Shown here piece by piece: positions 38,335 through 48,154 of a DNA stretch of 64,000 nucleotides. Position numbers and translations under genes: made by a program. The number at the start of each line of letters is the position of its first letter. Position 1 is the first letter of the stretch. The notes under the pieces are model-generated. The model worked only from the letters and a program-made list of their open reading frames with translations. It had not been told where the DNA came from and made no database searches. This DNA comes from Lachnospiraceae bacterium. Lineage in GTDB: Bacteria > Bacillota > Clostridia > Lachnospirales > Lachnospiraceae. The stretch lies in NCBI GenBank assembly GCA_016280465.1, contig JAEEGT010000043.1, forward strand, positions 985-64,984. The letters run 5' to 3'.

Positions 38335-40179
38335 TTAAAAGGCAACGGTGAAGGTGATCCTGTCACCGGCCGGAACTGCGATGACACGATGAAGGTCTTT
38401 TTTCCAGGACCATCTTAACCGTTCATCGGTAATCTTGATGGTTTCACAGGAAAGCATTACGTCCCCGAGGAATTCTACGGAAGCCTCGGGGAGTTTTATT
38501 TTATTCCCGGAGATCTCGGGCTCCTCGGAAAGAAGGAGATTCAGGCAGTAATTATTCTGTCTTTCGGGGCTCTTAAAGACTATCCGGTCTTCCACAACAA
38601 CCTGGGATTCTTTGTACAAAGAAACATGTCGCCGGTAGGAAGAAACCCCTGCCTCTGAAGGATATGCATCGGCAATGTCCATGGAAATATCGCAGACTTT
38701 GTCACTGAAGAAGGTCTTGACGTCTTTGGCTTTGTATTCCGAACCGGCAGCCTGCATGACACCGTTAATGGTGGGCAGGTTGTGATATGCGGACTGCATG
38801 GTCCAGATCTCATATCTTCTGTCGGAAAAAGTCTTGGCGGTATAGCTTTCAACACCTGCATCTATGAGCAGGGGCTTGCCGTCTTTGTACAGGATAATGC
38901 TTCCGGTATCGTTGTGGTTGTGACTGTCGTTGTTACAGCCCGCTTTGACAGCTAGGTTGAAGCGCGAGTCCGAAGCTATGAACACCCCTACGCTCTCGTA
39001 GTAGATATCTTTGTGTTTAAGAGGAGCGGAGGTATCATATTCAAGCATTTCTTTTGCCGTGAACAGACTTTGCAGGCGATGGAAAAGATTGATCTCCTTT
39101 TCATTGATCTCGTCTGCTGATTTTTTATAATCCCCGGCTGCGTAACGCATCATTTCTTCGTTACCGGTTGCTTTTGCAAAAAGAAATTCCATGGCACCGG
39201 AGCGGTCCATGACAGCTGAACAATCGGCAAAATTGTAGTAATAGCGATCCCTTATGTGGACATTGAAGATGTATTCGGCCATATTGCGGATCTTCTTTTC
39301 CTTGAACAGTCGACGAAATCCTCCGTTTGTAACCGTATCGAGAATATTTGTGGCGTTGAACAGGCACAGAGCGGCGCGCCTGTAATAGTGGGCTCCTTCG
39401 TTACAACAGCCGTCAACTCCGTAATCCTTGAGGAAGCAGTCTATGGAACGGCATGCTTTTTCAAGGACTTTTTTCTTGAAATCGTCGTAATCCAACCCGT
39501 CGATCCCGGGCTTCTGATCAAAAGCGGAATCCGTAAAGAAAACCGCCAGGAGCACGTTCTGAACACACCAGACGGTCCAGTTGCACATAGGCTCGGAGCC
39601 GTTACCCATCCACCAGAAGTGTCTTCGCATGTAGGGCTCGAAGATACGGCGCTTGAGGTTATCAAGGATCATGATATTGATGGCAGGGGAAATCTCATCA
39701 AGTTCATCGTGGAGAAGATAGGAAGCGGTGGCAAGCAAGGCGCCGGTCTCCGCAGCAAACAGATCCACCACCGGATCCGTGACATCCGGCAGGGGAAGGT
39801 TTACACTGTCCCTTTTATAGGAATTATGGGCGGGCAGCTGCCAGGCGGACTCTTCGCAAAGAGAGTAGATCCCGTTCAGGATCCCGTCGGTAAAGCGTCC
39901 CTTATGCTCGATGCATTCGCCCATTATCAGAGCGTTTATGGCATGTCGCTTTGCAAAGTAAAGGTTTTCGTATTTAACCCTGTTTCCGGTCCGTGTAAAA
40001 TCCATGAATGCCGTTATGGGAAGGCCGTTAAAAGAAAAATCAAGGTATTCTTCGGCTTCTTTTATGCCGGCTTCCTTAACGGATTCAGGCAACGCCTCAT
40101 AGGCCTCTCTGTCCTTAGCAGCAGGATAGGGTCTGTAGGGTGCCAATTTAAAGTCTTCCGAGTATGTTTCGCCGTACAT
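38335..40179 (-). CDS. Heparinase II/III-family polysaccharide lyase, no signal peptide
   Basis: EGAHYY, NFADC, SHNHNDTGS, LIDAG, QSAYHN. Confidence 0.85.
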   Translation of the reverse strand: MYGETYSEDFKLAPYRPYPAAKDREAYEALPESVKEAGIKEAEEYLDFSFNGLPITAFMDFTRTGNRVKYENLYFAKRHAINALIMGECIEHKGRFTDGILNGIYSLCEESAWQLPAHNSYKRDSVNLPLPDVTDPVVDLFAAETGALLATASYLLHDELDEISPAINIMILDNLKRRIFEPYMRRHFWWMGNGSEPMCNWTVWCVQNVLLAVFFTDSAFDQKPGIDGLDYDDFKKKVLEKACRSIDCFLKDYGVDGCCNEGAHYYRRAALCLFNATNILDTVTNGGFRRLFKEKKIRNMAEYIFNVHIRDRYYYNFADCSAVMDRSGAMEFLFAKATGNEEMMRYAAGDYKKSADEINEKEINLFHRLQSLFTAKEMLEYDTSAPLKHKDIYYESVGVFIASDSRFNLAVKAGCNNDSHNHNDTGSIILYKDGKPLLIDAGVESYTAKTFSDRRYEIWTMQSAYHNLPTINGVMQAAGSEYKAKDVKTFFSDKVCDISMDIADAYPSEAGVSSYRRHVSLYKESQVVVEDRIVFKSPERQNNYCLNLLLSEEPEISGNKIKLPEASVEFLGDVMLSCETIKITDERLRWSWKKDLHRVIAVPAGDRITFTVAF

Positions 40180-40257
40180 GGTGATTCCTTTCCGAAATGG
40201 TCTGTGCTATACTGAATTATAAATCATCGGAAAGATAATAACAACGGACAGAATCAG

Positions 40258-41853
40258 ATGGCAGAAAAGATCAAAAAGTACAGAATTCCCATAATCATCG
40301 CTTTTATACACTGGTTTCTGACAGTTATTTTTCAGCTTGACAGAAAAGTTTTTACTTATGAGTCGGAGACAGGGTATCTTCTGGTTATCAAGGCAGCGTA
40401 TCTTTGTCTGCTTTTGGGAGCATATTGCTTCTCTTTTTTTGTGATCGAAAGGTACAAAAAGGGGGATGAAACCATCCGCAGAGGAGTTACGGTCTTTTTT
40501 GTATATATGTTGCTGATGGCTGTTTTGCTCGTTGCACTCTGGCCCGGAACATGGTCATGGGATGATGCGGGTATATTCTTGTGTGTGCTTTCTTATGATG
40601 ATTTTGTGCCATGGCATCATTTCTTTTCGGGGTTTTATCACGCCCTTTTGCTTCAGGTCATTCCACATCCCGGTGGCATAATCCTGCTTCAGTGCGTTTT
40701 GGCATCAGTTTGCGTTGCTTTTTGCACTGTCAGGATCGAAAAGGCCTTCGGACTTTCGCTTAAGAACCGGGTGATGGATATCATCGTAAAGATAATTCCC
40801 TTTTTGATGCCTCCGGTATTGATGTATCAGTTTTCCGGCTATCGGATGGGTATTTACATCTATCTGGAATTAACCCTGATCGTGATGCTTATATGCGGTA
40901 AAAAGGAGGATGTCCGGTGGACACCATCCTATATCGGGCTTTTATGCTTTCTTGGGATCGTTGTGACCTGCTGGCGGTCGGAGGCTATGATCTATATGCT
41001 GTTTCTGCCGCTGCTGATCGTTTTGCTTCCACGCAAGACGATGGGCAAGTTGGGCAAGATCGTTGCCTGCGCGACTATAGTGCTTGGTTCGATTTTTGTA
41101 AATCTCATTCAGGACCGGCTTCTTGGGACTAATGATTATAAGACCGCTGCTTTGATGGGCCCATATTCTGCGGTGATAAAAGCCGCTGACAGCGACAGGG
41201 ATGCCAAAGAATTGCAGGCCATAGGTGAAGTGGTCAGGACCGATCTTGTTCTTTCTAATCCCGAAATGACGGGTGAGGATCTGTTCTGGGCCGCTCATGC
41301 ATACTACAATGATTGCAGCAATGAGGCTTTGAACGGATCCATCAAAGCATTGGTCAGACTTTCGTTAAAATATCCGGGAGCAGTATTGGGTGAAAGGTTT
41401 AATACTTTTATTGTTTCATCCGGAACGCTCGGGAACATGTTTCGGATCAACTGGCAGACAGAAATCCTCTACGACGGGGACCTTAGCAGCCCATATGATG
41501 ATGAATTTATAGACAGAGGGTATCTGGCACCGTTTAAAAGGATCCGTCGACTGGCGGTTAATACACTGAGTTTGAAGAACAATAAAACGGGAAAGGTCAT
41601 GACCGGACTTCGGTGTGTTTTTTGGAATGCATTGATCCCGATCGCGGTATTGATTGCCGGAACCGTATGGTCCATAGTTAAAAAGAAATGGTATTTGGCA
41701 TGCGTTTTTGCTTCCGTAATGGGCAGGTTGGCGATTGTATTCCTGACAGAGCCCACCGGATGGATCATGTATCTTTTGTCGTTCTACCTGGAGGGGTATG
41801 TCCTTTGCATATATGGATTATTGCATCTGATCGGGAAAAAAGAACAGAAATAA
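40258..41853 (+). CDS. Multi-TM protein, possible GT-C-fold glycosyltransferase
   Basis: WPGTWSWDD and WHH loop after TM3, about 11 TMs, one large external loop. Confidence 0.55.
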   Translation: MAEKIKKYRIPIIIAFIHWFLTVIFQLDRKVFTYESETGYLLVIKAAYLCLLLGAYCFSFFVIERYKKGDETIRRGVTVFFVYMLLMAVLLVALWPGTWSWDDAGIFLCVLSYDDFVPWHHFFSGFYHALLLQVIPHPGGIILLQCVLASVCVAFCTVRIEKAFGLSLKNRVMDIIVKIIPFLMPPVLMYQFSGYRMGIYIYLELTLIVMLICGKKEDVRWTPSYIGLLCFLGIVVTCWRSEAMIYMLFLPLLIVLLPRKTMGKLGKIVACATIVLGSIFVNLIQDRLLGTNDYKTAALMGPYSAVIKAADSDRDAKELQAIGEVVRTDLVLSNPEMTGEDLFWAAHAYYNDCSNEALNGSIKALVRLSLKYPGAVLGERFNTFIVSSGTLGNMFRINWQTEILYDGDLSSPYDDEFIDRGYLAPFKRIRRLAVNTLSLKNNKTGKVMTGLRCVFWNALIPIAVLIAGTVWSIVKKKWYLACVFASVMGRLAIVFLTEPTGWIMYLLSFYLEGYVLCIYGLLHLIGKKEQK

Positions 41854-41872
41854 ACGGAGAAAAGCGGATCAT

Positions 41873-43432
41873 ATGATATACAGTATTTTGGGATGTGTAA
41901 TGTGGGGACTGATCGTGATATATGCCATTTCGATCAGACCGAAGTCGGGATTATTGAAGAAAGGAACAGTGACTCAGACAGATTCTAAGGAAAGGACACA
42001 GGTGGCAGGTGTCATTGCTTCCTGTGTTGTCTGTTGCGCAACAATTCTTATCTGTATCCTTCCCATGTCTCTTTCGCCCTTCTGGAACGGAGAGGTCCCG
42101 CAGCACAGGAATCAGTACGAAGTTATGGCACGTTCTCTGGCAAACGGGCATATCTATCTGGATTATGACGATATTGACCCCGGGCTTGAGGAAATGAGCA
42201 ATCCCTACTCCCCCGCGGAAAGGATCGAGGCGGGAGTCAATTATCATTCCGACCACGCTTATTATAAGGGCAGATACTACATGTATTTCGGTGTGGTTCC
42301 CGCCATCATCGTTTTCCTGCCCTATTATCTCATCACCGGCCGGGATCTGACCACATATCACGGAACACAGCTGTTTGCGGCGCTGGCCATTGTGGGCATC
42401 TTTCTTTTGTTTCATGCCCTTGTCCGCAGGTTTTTCCCAAAGCTTCCCCGGATAATACTCTTGTCTTTGTGTGTGGCACTTTCCTGGATACCGGTCTATT
42501 ATTCCACCGATTACTCGTCTCTTTACAGCACAGCCATCGTATCCGGAGTGTGCTTTGAGGTTTGGAGCCTTTATCTTTTCATTACCGCCGTATATCTTAC
42601 GGCAAAAGAAAAAGCATCCCGTCGTGTGGTGCTTGCGGTTCTTGGAGGACTTTGCGGAGCATTGGCCTTTGGCTGCAGACCCACAGCAGCCTTCGGAAAT
42701 CTTATCCTGATCCCCATGCTGGTTAAATATATCAAAGACGAGACTTCGGGTGAGACCAAAACAAAGACCGGGACTCTCCTTGGACGTATCTCTTTGGTAC
42801 TTACGCCTTATGTCATCGTCGGCGTGCTTTTGATGATGTATAATTACGCCCGTTTCGAGAATCCTTTTGAGTTCGGGCAGGCATACCAGCTTACGAGTTT
42901 CGATCAGACCAGGTTCGGTTCTTTGGCTAATTTCAGCCCTGTGGAAACCTTTAACGGGCTTGTGCTGAATTATATCGGCTATACCCCCATTACGGGTCAT
43001 TTCCCTTATGTGTACTTTAACAGCGTTTTCGTTAATTTCCCCATTCTTGCCTTTTCTTTTGCGGTATTTAACAGGAAAATACGTAATGCCGTTAAGGATT
43101 CCGGATTTTTAGGGCTTGTGATCGCAATTCCCATTGCAGTCCTGGTCATCAATTTCCTGCAGGTTCAGTGGGGACCGGGCATGGCCAACGCCGAGCGCTA
43201 CAGGACGGATTTTTATTATCTTCTTGCCATTCTCGCTTTTCTTGTCATCGGTCACTGGTACAATGCAAGCGCCGAAGAGGACAGGGGACGGTTTTGTTTT
43301 GTCACGGGGCTTTTCTGCCTGGAGGCTGTGTTCATGTGCATGCTTTTGCTCATGGCGCCCGATGACGGAAACTTTACTGCGGTATATCCCGAGATGCTTG
43401 AAAAGCTAAAACATTTCGTCATGATTTTTTAA
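41873..43432 (+). CDS. Multi-TM protein, possible GT-C-fold glycosyltransferase
   Basis: DHAYYKGRYYMYFG, GCRP, YNYARFENPFEFG, ERYRTDF. Confidence 0.6.
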   Translation: MIYSILGCVMWGLIVIYAISIRPKSGLLKKGTVTQTDSKERTQVAGVIASCVVCCATILICILPMSLSPFWNGEVPQHRNQYEVMARSLANGHIYLDYDDIDPGLEEMSNPYSPAERIEAGVNYHSDHAYYKGRYYMYFGVVPAIIVFLPYYLITGRDLTTYHGTQLFAALAIVGIFLLFHALVRRFFPKLPRIILLSLCVALSWIPVYYSTDYSSLYSTAIVSGVCFEVWSLYLFITAVYLTAKEKASRRVVLAVLGGLCGALAFGCRPTAAFGNLILIPMLVKYIKDETSGETKTKTGTLLGRISLVLTPYVIVGVLLMMYNYARFENPFEFGQAYQLTSFDQTRFGSLANFSPVETFNGLVLNYIGYTPITGHFPYVYFNSVFVNFPILAFSFAVFNRKIRNAVKDSGFLGLVIAIPIAVLVINFLQVQWGPGMANAERYRTDFYYLLAILAFLVIGHWYNASAEEDRGRFCFVTGLFCLEAVFMCMLLLMAPDDGNFTAVYPEMLEKLKHFVMIF

Positions 43433-43498
43433 TCTTTCTTAACACTTCTTGTGTTATGATGTTAAAGACACACGGGTGTCGAAGGAAGGGCACGATAA

Positions 43499-44011
43499 TT
43501 GAAGATCAAAGACAGAAGAAAAAAATCCTACGAGATCCGCAGGGAAATGATAAAGCACGGCCGGGACATACTGAATTCAAAGAATTTTTTAAGTTCCGCA
43601 AAGAATATACAGCACGGTGATGTTTCGGTCATGAAGCATTCATTGAAGGTTGCTTATGCCAGCATGTGGCTGAACCGCAAGCTGAAGATCAAATGCAGCG
43701 AGCGGGAACTGGTACGGGGAGCGCTGCTTCACGACTATTTTCTTTATGACTGGCATGACACCAAGCGGGAGAATTATCAGTTTCTCCACGGCTTTTACCA
43801 CCCGGGCATTGCTTTAAAGAATGCCATAAGGGATTTTGACCTTACGGACAAAGAAAAGGACATAATTTCCAAGCACATGTGGCCCATGACTCTTAAATTT
43901 CCCAAATGCAGGGAAGCATGGGTCGTTACGGCAGCGGACAAATATATCTCTACGTTGGAGAGCTTAAGGCTCCACAACAGACCCAAATATGTTAAGGTAC
44001 GGAGCAGGTAA
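43499..44011 (+). CDS. HD-domain phosphohydrolase
   Basis: QHG...HS, ALLHDYFLYDW, HP, KHMWP, ADK. Confidence 0.88.
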   Translation: MKIKDRRKKSYEIRREMIKHGRDILNSKNFLSSAKNIQHGDVSVMKHSLKVAYASMWLNRKLKIKCSERELVRGALLHDYFLYDWHDTKRENYQFLHGFYHPGIALKNAIRDFDLTDKEKDIISKHMWPMTLKFPKCREAWVVTAADKYISTLESLRLHNRPKYVKVRSR

Positions 44012-44012
44012 A

Positions 44013-44612
44013 TTGGGAAAAATAGTCTATATCATGGGTAAGAGTTCCACGGGCAAGGACACTATCTTTCGTGAATTGCTCAGGGAGAACAGCTACTCAT
44101 TCAAAACCGTGGTATCCTATACCACCAGACCCATAAGATCCGGAGAAAGAAACGGAGTCGAGTATTTTTTTGTGACGGAGGAGGAGTTCTTTTCCCTCAA
44201 GGAGTCGGGAAAGATCATCGAGGACAGATGTTACCCTTCCGCTCACGGCCCCTGGCGTTATTTTACGGTGGATGACGGACAGATCGATTTCACGGACAAC
44301 TACATTACCATCGGGACCATTGAATCCTACGTCAAACTTAAAGAATACTTCGGAGAGGACCGTCTGATCCCTGTCTTAGTGGAACTGGATGACGGTGACA
44401 GACTTCAGAGAGCTCTCAACAGAGAAAGAAAACAGGCTGTTCCCAGATACGAAGAGATGTGCCGAAGATTTCTGGCGGACAGCGTCGACTTTTCGGAAGA
44501 CAAGATCAAAGCCGCAGGGATAACCGGTCGATTTAAGAACAACGACTTAAGGGAGTGTCTGCGGGAGATTAACCGGTATATTTCCGGGGAGATGGCAAGG
44601 GATGGACGTTAA
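44013..44612 (+). CDS. Guanylate-kinase-like nucleotide kinase (start moved to TTG 44013)
   Basis: GKSSTGKD P-loop; VSYTTRPIRSGERNGVEYFFV GK signature. Confidence 0.85.
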   Translation: MGKIVYIMGKSSTGKDTIFRELLRENSYSFKTVVSYTTRPIRSGERNGVEYFFVTEEEFFSLKESGKIIEDRCYPSAHGPWRYFTVDDGQIDFTDNYITIGTIESYVKLKEYFGEDRLIPVLVELDDGDRLQRALNRERKQAVPRYEEMCRRFLADSVDFSEDKIKAAGITGRFKNNDLRECLREINRYISGEMARDGR

Positions 44613-45042
44613 GATCACCCAGGTTACGCAGGCAACACAGGTTCAGCCCACACAGGCTGTTCAGCCTACGAACGAAGAATTCAAATTCATGCTCATGAGC
44701 CGCATTGCCGAGGAGGATCTCCAGGCAAGGCTTTCTTCACTGATGAATGAAATATCCGAGCAGGGTGAGCGCATAGCCAAAAAGAAAGATATCAAGGACA
44801 TGCGCAGATACAGAAGCCTTATCAAGGATTTCATGAATGAGATCGTATCAAGGTCCCATGCTTTTTCAAGAGAGAACTTTCTTGACAGGAAGGGTCGTCA
44901 CAGGGTGTACGGGATCATTCGCCTGGTGGACCAGAATCTTGACGAACTGGCGGAGGAACTTCTCAAAGAGCAGAAGGACAATCTCTCCATCCTTCAGAAG
45001 ATAGGAGACATCAGGGGGCTGATCTTAGACATCTTTACTTAA
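44602..45042 (+). CDS. yaaR: YaaR/DUF327-family protein
   Basis: YRSLIKDFM, GRHRVY, IGDIRGLILDI; position before holB. Confidence 0.85.
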   Translation: MDVKITQVTQATQVQPTQAVQPTNEEFKFMLMSRIAEEDLQARLSSLMNEISEQGERIAKKKDIKDMRRYRSLIKDFMNEIVSRSHAFSRENFLDRKGRHRVYGIIRLVDQNLDELAEELLKEQKDNLSILQKIGDIRGLILDIFT

Positions 45043-45064
45043 TTTGATTCGATCAGGGGAATAT

Positions 45065-46099
45065 ATGGCTAATTTCAACGATATAGTAGGCCAGGAACAG
45101 ATAAAGAAGCATTTGATCACAGCCGTGGAGCAGGATACTGTCAGCCACGCCTATATCATTGCGGGGGAAAAGTACGCCGGGAAGGAATTTATCGCCCGGA
45201 TCTTTGCCGCGGCTCTTTTGTGTGAAGGGGAGCCCGGCTGCGATAAGCCCTCGCCGGGTGGCATCGCACCCTTCGGCTGCGATAAACCTTGCGGTATCTG
45301 TCACAGCTGCAGGCAGGCGGAAAGCCGCAACAATCCCGACATCATTTTTGTGACTCACGAAAAACCCGGAGTCATCAGTGTCGATGAGATCAGGACCCAG
45401 ATCAACGAAGACATTACCACAAAGCCCTACGGTGGCAAAAGAAAGATCTACATTGTCAACGAAGCGGAGAAAATGAACCCTCAGGCCCAGAATGCGCTGT
45501 TAAAGACCTTTGAGGAACCGCCGGAATATGCGGTGATCATTCTTCTTGTCACAAGTGTGGAGGAGCTTCTTCCCACCATCCGCTCCCGTGCGGTAGTACT
45601 CAGCATGAAGCCCGTGGCGGACAGCCTTGTAAAGAAATTCCTTATGGAAGAGGTCAGGATCCCGGACTACAAGGCCGATGTATGTGTTGCTTTTGCCAGA
45701 GGTAACATAGGTAAAGCCAAGCTCCTTGCGGGCAATGAGGATTTTGAGAACATCCGCAGAGACGTGACGAATCTCCTTAAATTCATTAAGGATATGGAGA
45801 TCACGGAACTCATAGCTTCCGTTAAGAAAGCATCGGAATATAAACTTGAGATTAAAGATTATCTCGACATAATCCTTGTGTGGTACAGGGATGTGCTTCT
45901 TTTTAAAGCCACAAAAGACGCAAACGGCTTGATTTTTAAGGACGAATTAAAGTATATTAGAAAAGCGGCCGACGAAAGCAGTTACGAAGGCATACAGAAA
46001 GTCATCGATGCTGTTGAGAAGGCAGGCAAACGTTTATCTGCCAATGTCAACTTTGATCTTACCATGGAGCTTTTGTTCCTGTGTATCAAAGAAAACTGA
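45065..46099 (+). CDS. holB: DNA polymerase III delta' subunit
   Basis: IVGQE, SHAYI, Zn motif C...PCGICHSC, AQNALLKTFEEPP, LLPTIRSR. Confidence 0.93.
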   Translation: MANFNDIVGQEQIKKHLITAVEQDTVSHAYIIAGEKYAGKEFIARIFAAALLCEGEPGCDKPSPGGIAPFGCDKPCGICHSCRQAESRNNPDIIFVTHEKPGVISVDEIRTQINEDITTKPYGGKRKIYIVNEAEKMNPQAQNALLKTFEEPPEYAVIILLVTSVEELLPTIRSRAVVLSMKPVADSLVKKFLMEEVRIPDYKADVCVAFARGNIGKAKLLAGNEDFENIRRDVTNLLKFIKDMEITELIASVKKASEYKLEIKDYLDIILVWYRDVLLFKATKDANGLIFKDELKYIRKAADESSYEGIQKVIDAVEKAGKRLSANVNFDLTMELLFLCIKEN

Positions 46100-46115
46100 C
46101 GGGCACGGAGGAGAC

Positions 46116-46997
46116 ATGACCAAAGTAATTGGAGTTCGCTTTAAGGAGACGGGTAAGGTATATTACTTCGCTCCCGGCGACAAAGACATAAAGCGCGGGG
46201 AACACGTTATCGTGGAGACCGCCAGAGGGCTTGAGTACGGCACCGTGGTGCTTGGTGTATCGGAGGTTGAGGATGACAAGATTGTCGCTCCCTTAAAGCC
46301 CGTTGTCAGGGTAGCAACCCCTGAGGATGATACAAGAGAAGAGACCAACAGAGAAAAAGAAAAGAAGGCATTTATCACCTGCAAGGAGAAGATCGACAAG
46401 CACAATCTTCCCATGAAGCTCATCAACGTGGAATATACCTTCGATAACAGCAAGGCTATTTTCTACTATTTCAGCGATAACCGTGTGGATTTCAGAGAGC
46501 TGGTGAAGGATCTTGCTTCCACCTTCCATACAAGGATCGAGATGCGCCAGGTAGGCGTCAGGGACGAAGCAAAGCTTCGCGGAGGCATCGGCATCTGCGG
46601 CCGTCCCATTTGCTGCAACAGTTATATGGCCGACTTTTCTCCCGTTTCCATCAAAATGGCCAAGGAACAGAATCTGTCCCTTAATGCCCTTAAGATCTCG
46701 GGAGTCTGCGGCAGACTTATGTGCTGCCTTAAAAACGAAGAAGAAACCTACGAGGAACTCAACAGGAACCTCCCTTACGTTGGCGAGAATGTTACCGTCA
46801 TTGCGGATAACACCACCGGTAAGGTTCACAGCATCGATGTGCTGAGACAGCTGGTAAAGGTTGTCATCGAAGTTAACGACGACGAAAAAGAACTGGTCAC
46901 TTTTAAACCCGAAGAGCTCAGATTCAAGCGCGGTCGCGGCCGAAAGATGGAACTGACCGACGAGGAGAAGAAAGCCCTTAAGGATCTGGAGAGTTAA
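46116..46997 (+). CDS. ricT: PSP1-domain protein YaaT/RicT (start moved to ATG 46116)
   Basis: RVDFRELVKDLA, RIEMRQVGVRDEA, CGRPICC, SGVCGRLMCCL; GGAGG RBS. Confidence 0.92.
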   Translation: MTKVIGVRFKETGKVYYFAPGDKDIKRGEHVIVETARGLEYGTVVLGVSEVEDDKIVAPLKPVVRVATPEDDTREETNREKEKKAFITCKEKIDKHNLPMKLINVEYTFDNSKAIFYYFSDNRVDFRELVKDLASTFHTRIEMRQVGVRDEAKLRGGIGICGRPICCNSYMADFSPVSIKMAKEQNLSLNALKISGVCGRLMCCLKNEEETYEELNRNLPYVGENVTVIADNTTGKVHSIDVLRQLVKVVIEVNDDEKELVTFKPEELRFKRGRGRKMELTDEEKKALKDLES

Positions 46998-46999
46998 CG

Positions 47000-47737
47000 G
47001 TGGAAGAACTTGTTAAAGAAGGGGAGCGGGTCGATGACCTTGAGAGGAACGGACTGAAGATCATCCAGGATCCGAAGCGCTTTTGTTTCGGAATGGATGC
47101 CGTGCTGCTTTCGGGATTTGTGACAGTGAAGCCCGGTGCCAACCTTCTGGATCTGGGAACCGGAACGGGGATAATTCCCATCCTTCTTTCCGCAAAGACC
47201 GATGCCGCTCATCTGACAGGCCTTGAGATACAGGAAGAAAGCGCCGAGATGGCTGAGAGGAGCGTTAAGCTTAATTCCCTTGAAGAAAAGATCTCCATCG
47301 TACATGGGGATATAAAGGAAGCCCCCGTTCTTTTTGAAAAAGCGAGTTTTGATGCGGTTACCTGCAATCCCCCCTATATGATCGGTGCCCACGGGCTGAA
47401 GAATCCGGATTCCGCCATGGCAATTGCCAGGCATGAGGTTCTTTGTACCTTTGAAGATGTTGCAAGGGCCGCGTCGGCACTGTTAAAACCCGGCGGGAGC
47501 TTTTTCCTGGTACACAGACCCTTCAGGCTGGCGGAGATAATGGCCACCATGCAGAAATACAGACTTGAACCCAAAAGGATGCAGTTAGTCTATCCTTTTG
47601 CGGACAAAGAACCCAATATGGTCCTTCTGGAAGGTAAACGCGGCGGAAGATCCCGGCTTACGGTTGAAAAGCCTTTGATCATATACAAAGAGCCGGGAAA
47701 ATATACCGATGAAATTTATGATATATATGGGTATTGA
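47000..47737 (+). CDS. tRNA1(Val) A37 N6-methyltransferase (YabB/TrmN6 family)
   Basis: FGMDAVLL, LDLGTGTG, CNPPY, IARHE, VHRP. Confidence 0.92.
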   Translation: MEELVKEGERVDDLERNGLKIIQDPKRFCFGMDAVLLSGFVTVKPGANLLDLGTGTGIIPILLSAKTDAAHLTGLEIQEESAEMAERSVKLNSLEEKISIVHGDIKEAPVLFEKASFDAVTCNPPYMIGAHGLKNPDSAMAIARHEVLCTFEDVARAASALLKPGGSFFLVHRPFRLAEIMATMQKYRLEPKRMQLVYPFADKEPNMVLLEGKRGGRSRLTVEKPLIIYKEPGKYTDEIYDIYGY

Positions 47738-47762
47738 CACCCAAAACCTAAATATATATACT
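47734..47762 (+). promoter_or_regulatory. SigA promoter of acpP
   Basis: TTGACA-17 nt-TATACT. Confidence 0.75.
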
Positions 47763-47805
47763 TTGCTTAGCAGCACTAGTTTTTAGACTTTTTTAGGAGA
47801 AAGAT

Positions 47806-48033
47806 ATGTTAGAGAAAGTTATTGAGATCATAAGAGAACAGCTTGGAATCGAAGATACCGAAATTGATGAGGATACCTCCTTCAAGGACGATCTTGGAGT
47901 TGATTCATTGGATCTTCTTGAGCTGGTCATGGCATTCGAAGAAGAATACAACATCGAGTTAAATCCCGAAGAGCTTGAGGATATCCAGACCGTCGGCGAT
48001 GTTTGCGAATTCATTAAGAAGTATGCCGACTGA
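47806..48033 (+). CDS. acpP: Acyl carrier protein
   Basis: DLGVDSLD phosphopantetheine site; 75 aa, acidic. Confidence 0.95.
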   Translation: MLEKVIEIIREQLGIEDTEIDEDTSFKDDLGVDSLDLLELVMAFEEEYNIELNPEELEDIQTVGDVCEFIKKYAD

Positions 48034-48051
48034 TTGATGGCTGACTTTTAT

Positions 48052-48082
48052 GACTCCGGCTCAGGCCGGAGTCTTATTGTTT
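48052..48082 (+). terminator. Terminator after acpP
   Basis: GACTCCGGC-tcag-GCCGGAGTC followed by T-rich tail. Confidence 0.75.
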
Positions 48083-48154
48083 CTGCATAATTAAATTGCA
48101 CAGCATGAGTGTGTAATTGCGCTGCATGTCAATGTAGGAAGGATTGTTTCATAA

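Noticed and set aside
39256-40215. 319-aa ORF opposite the lyase
   Set aside because: Antisense shadow; the lyase strand carries the conserved motifs
41951-43000. 349-aa antisense ORF
   Set aside because: Shadow of a hydrophobic membrane-protein gene
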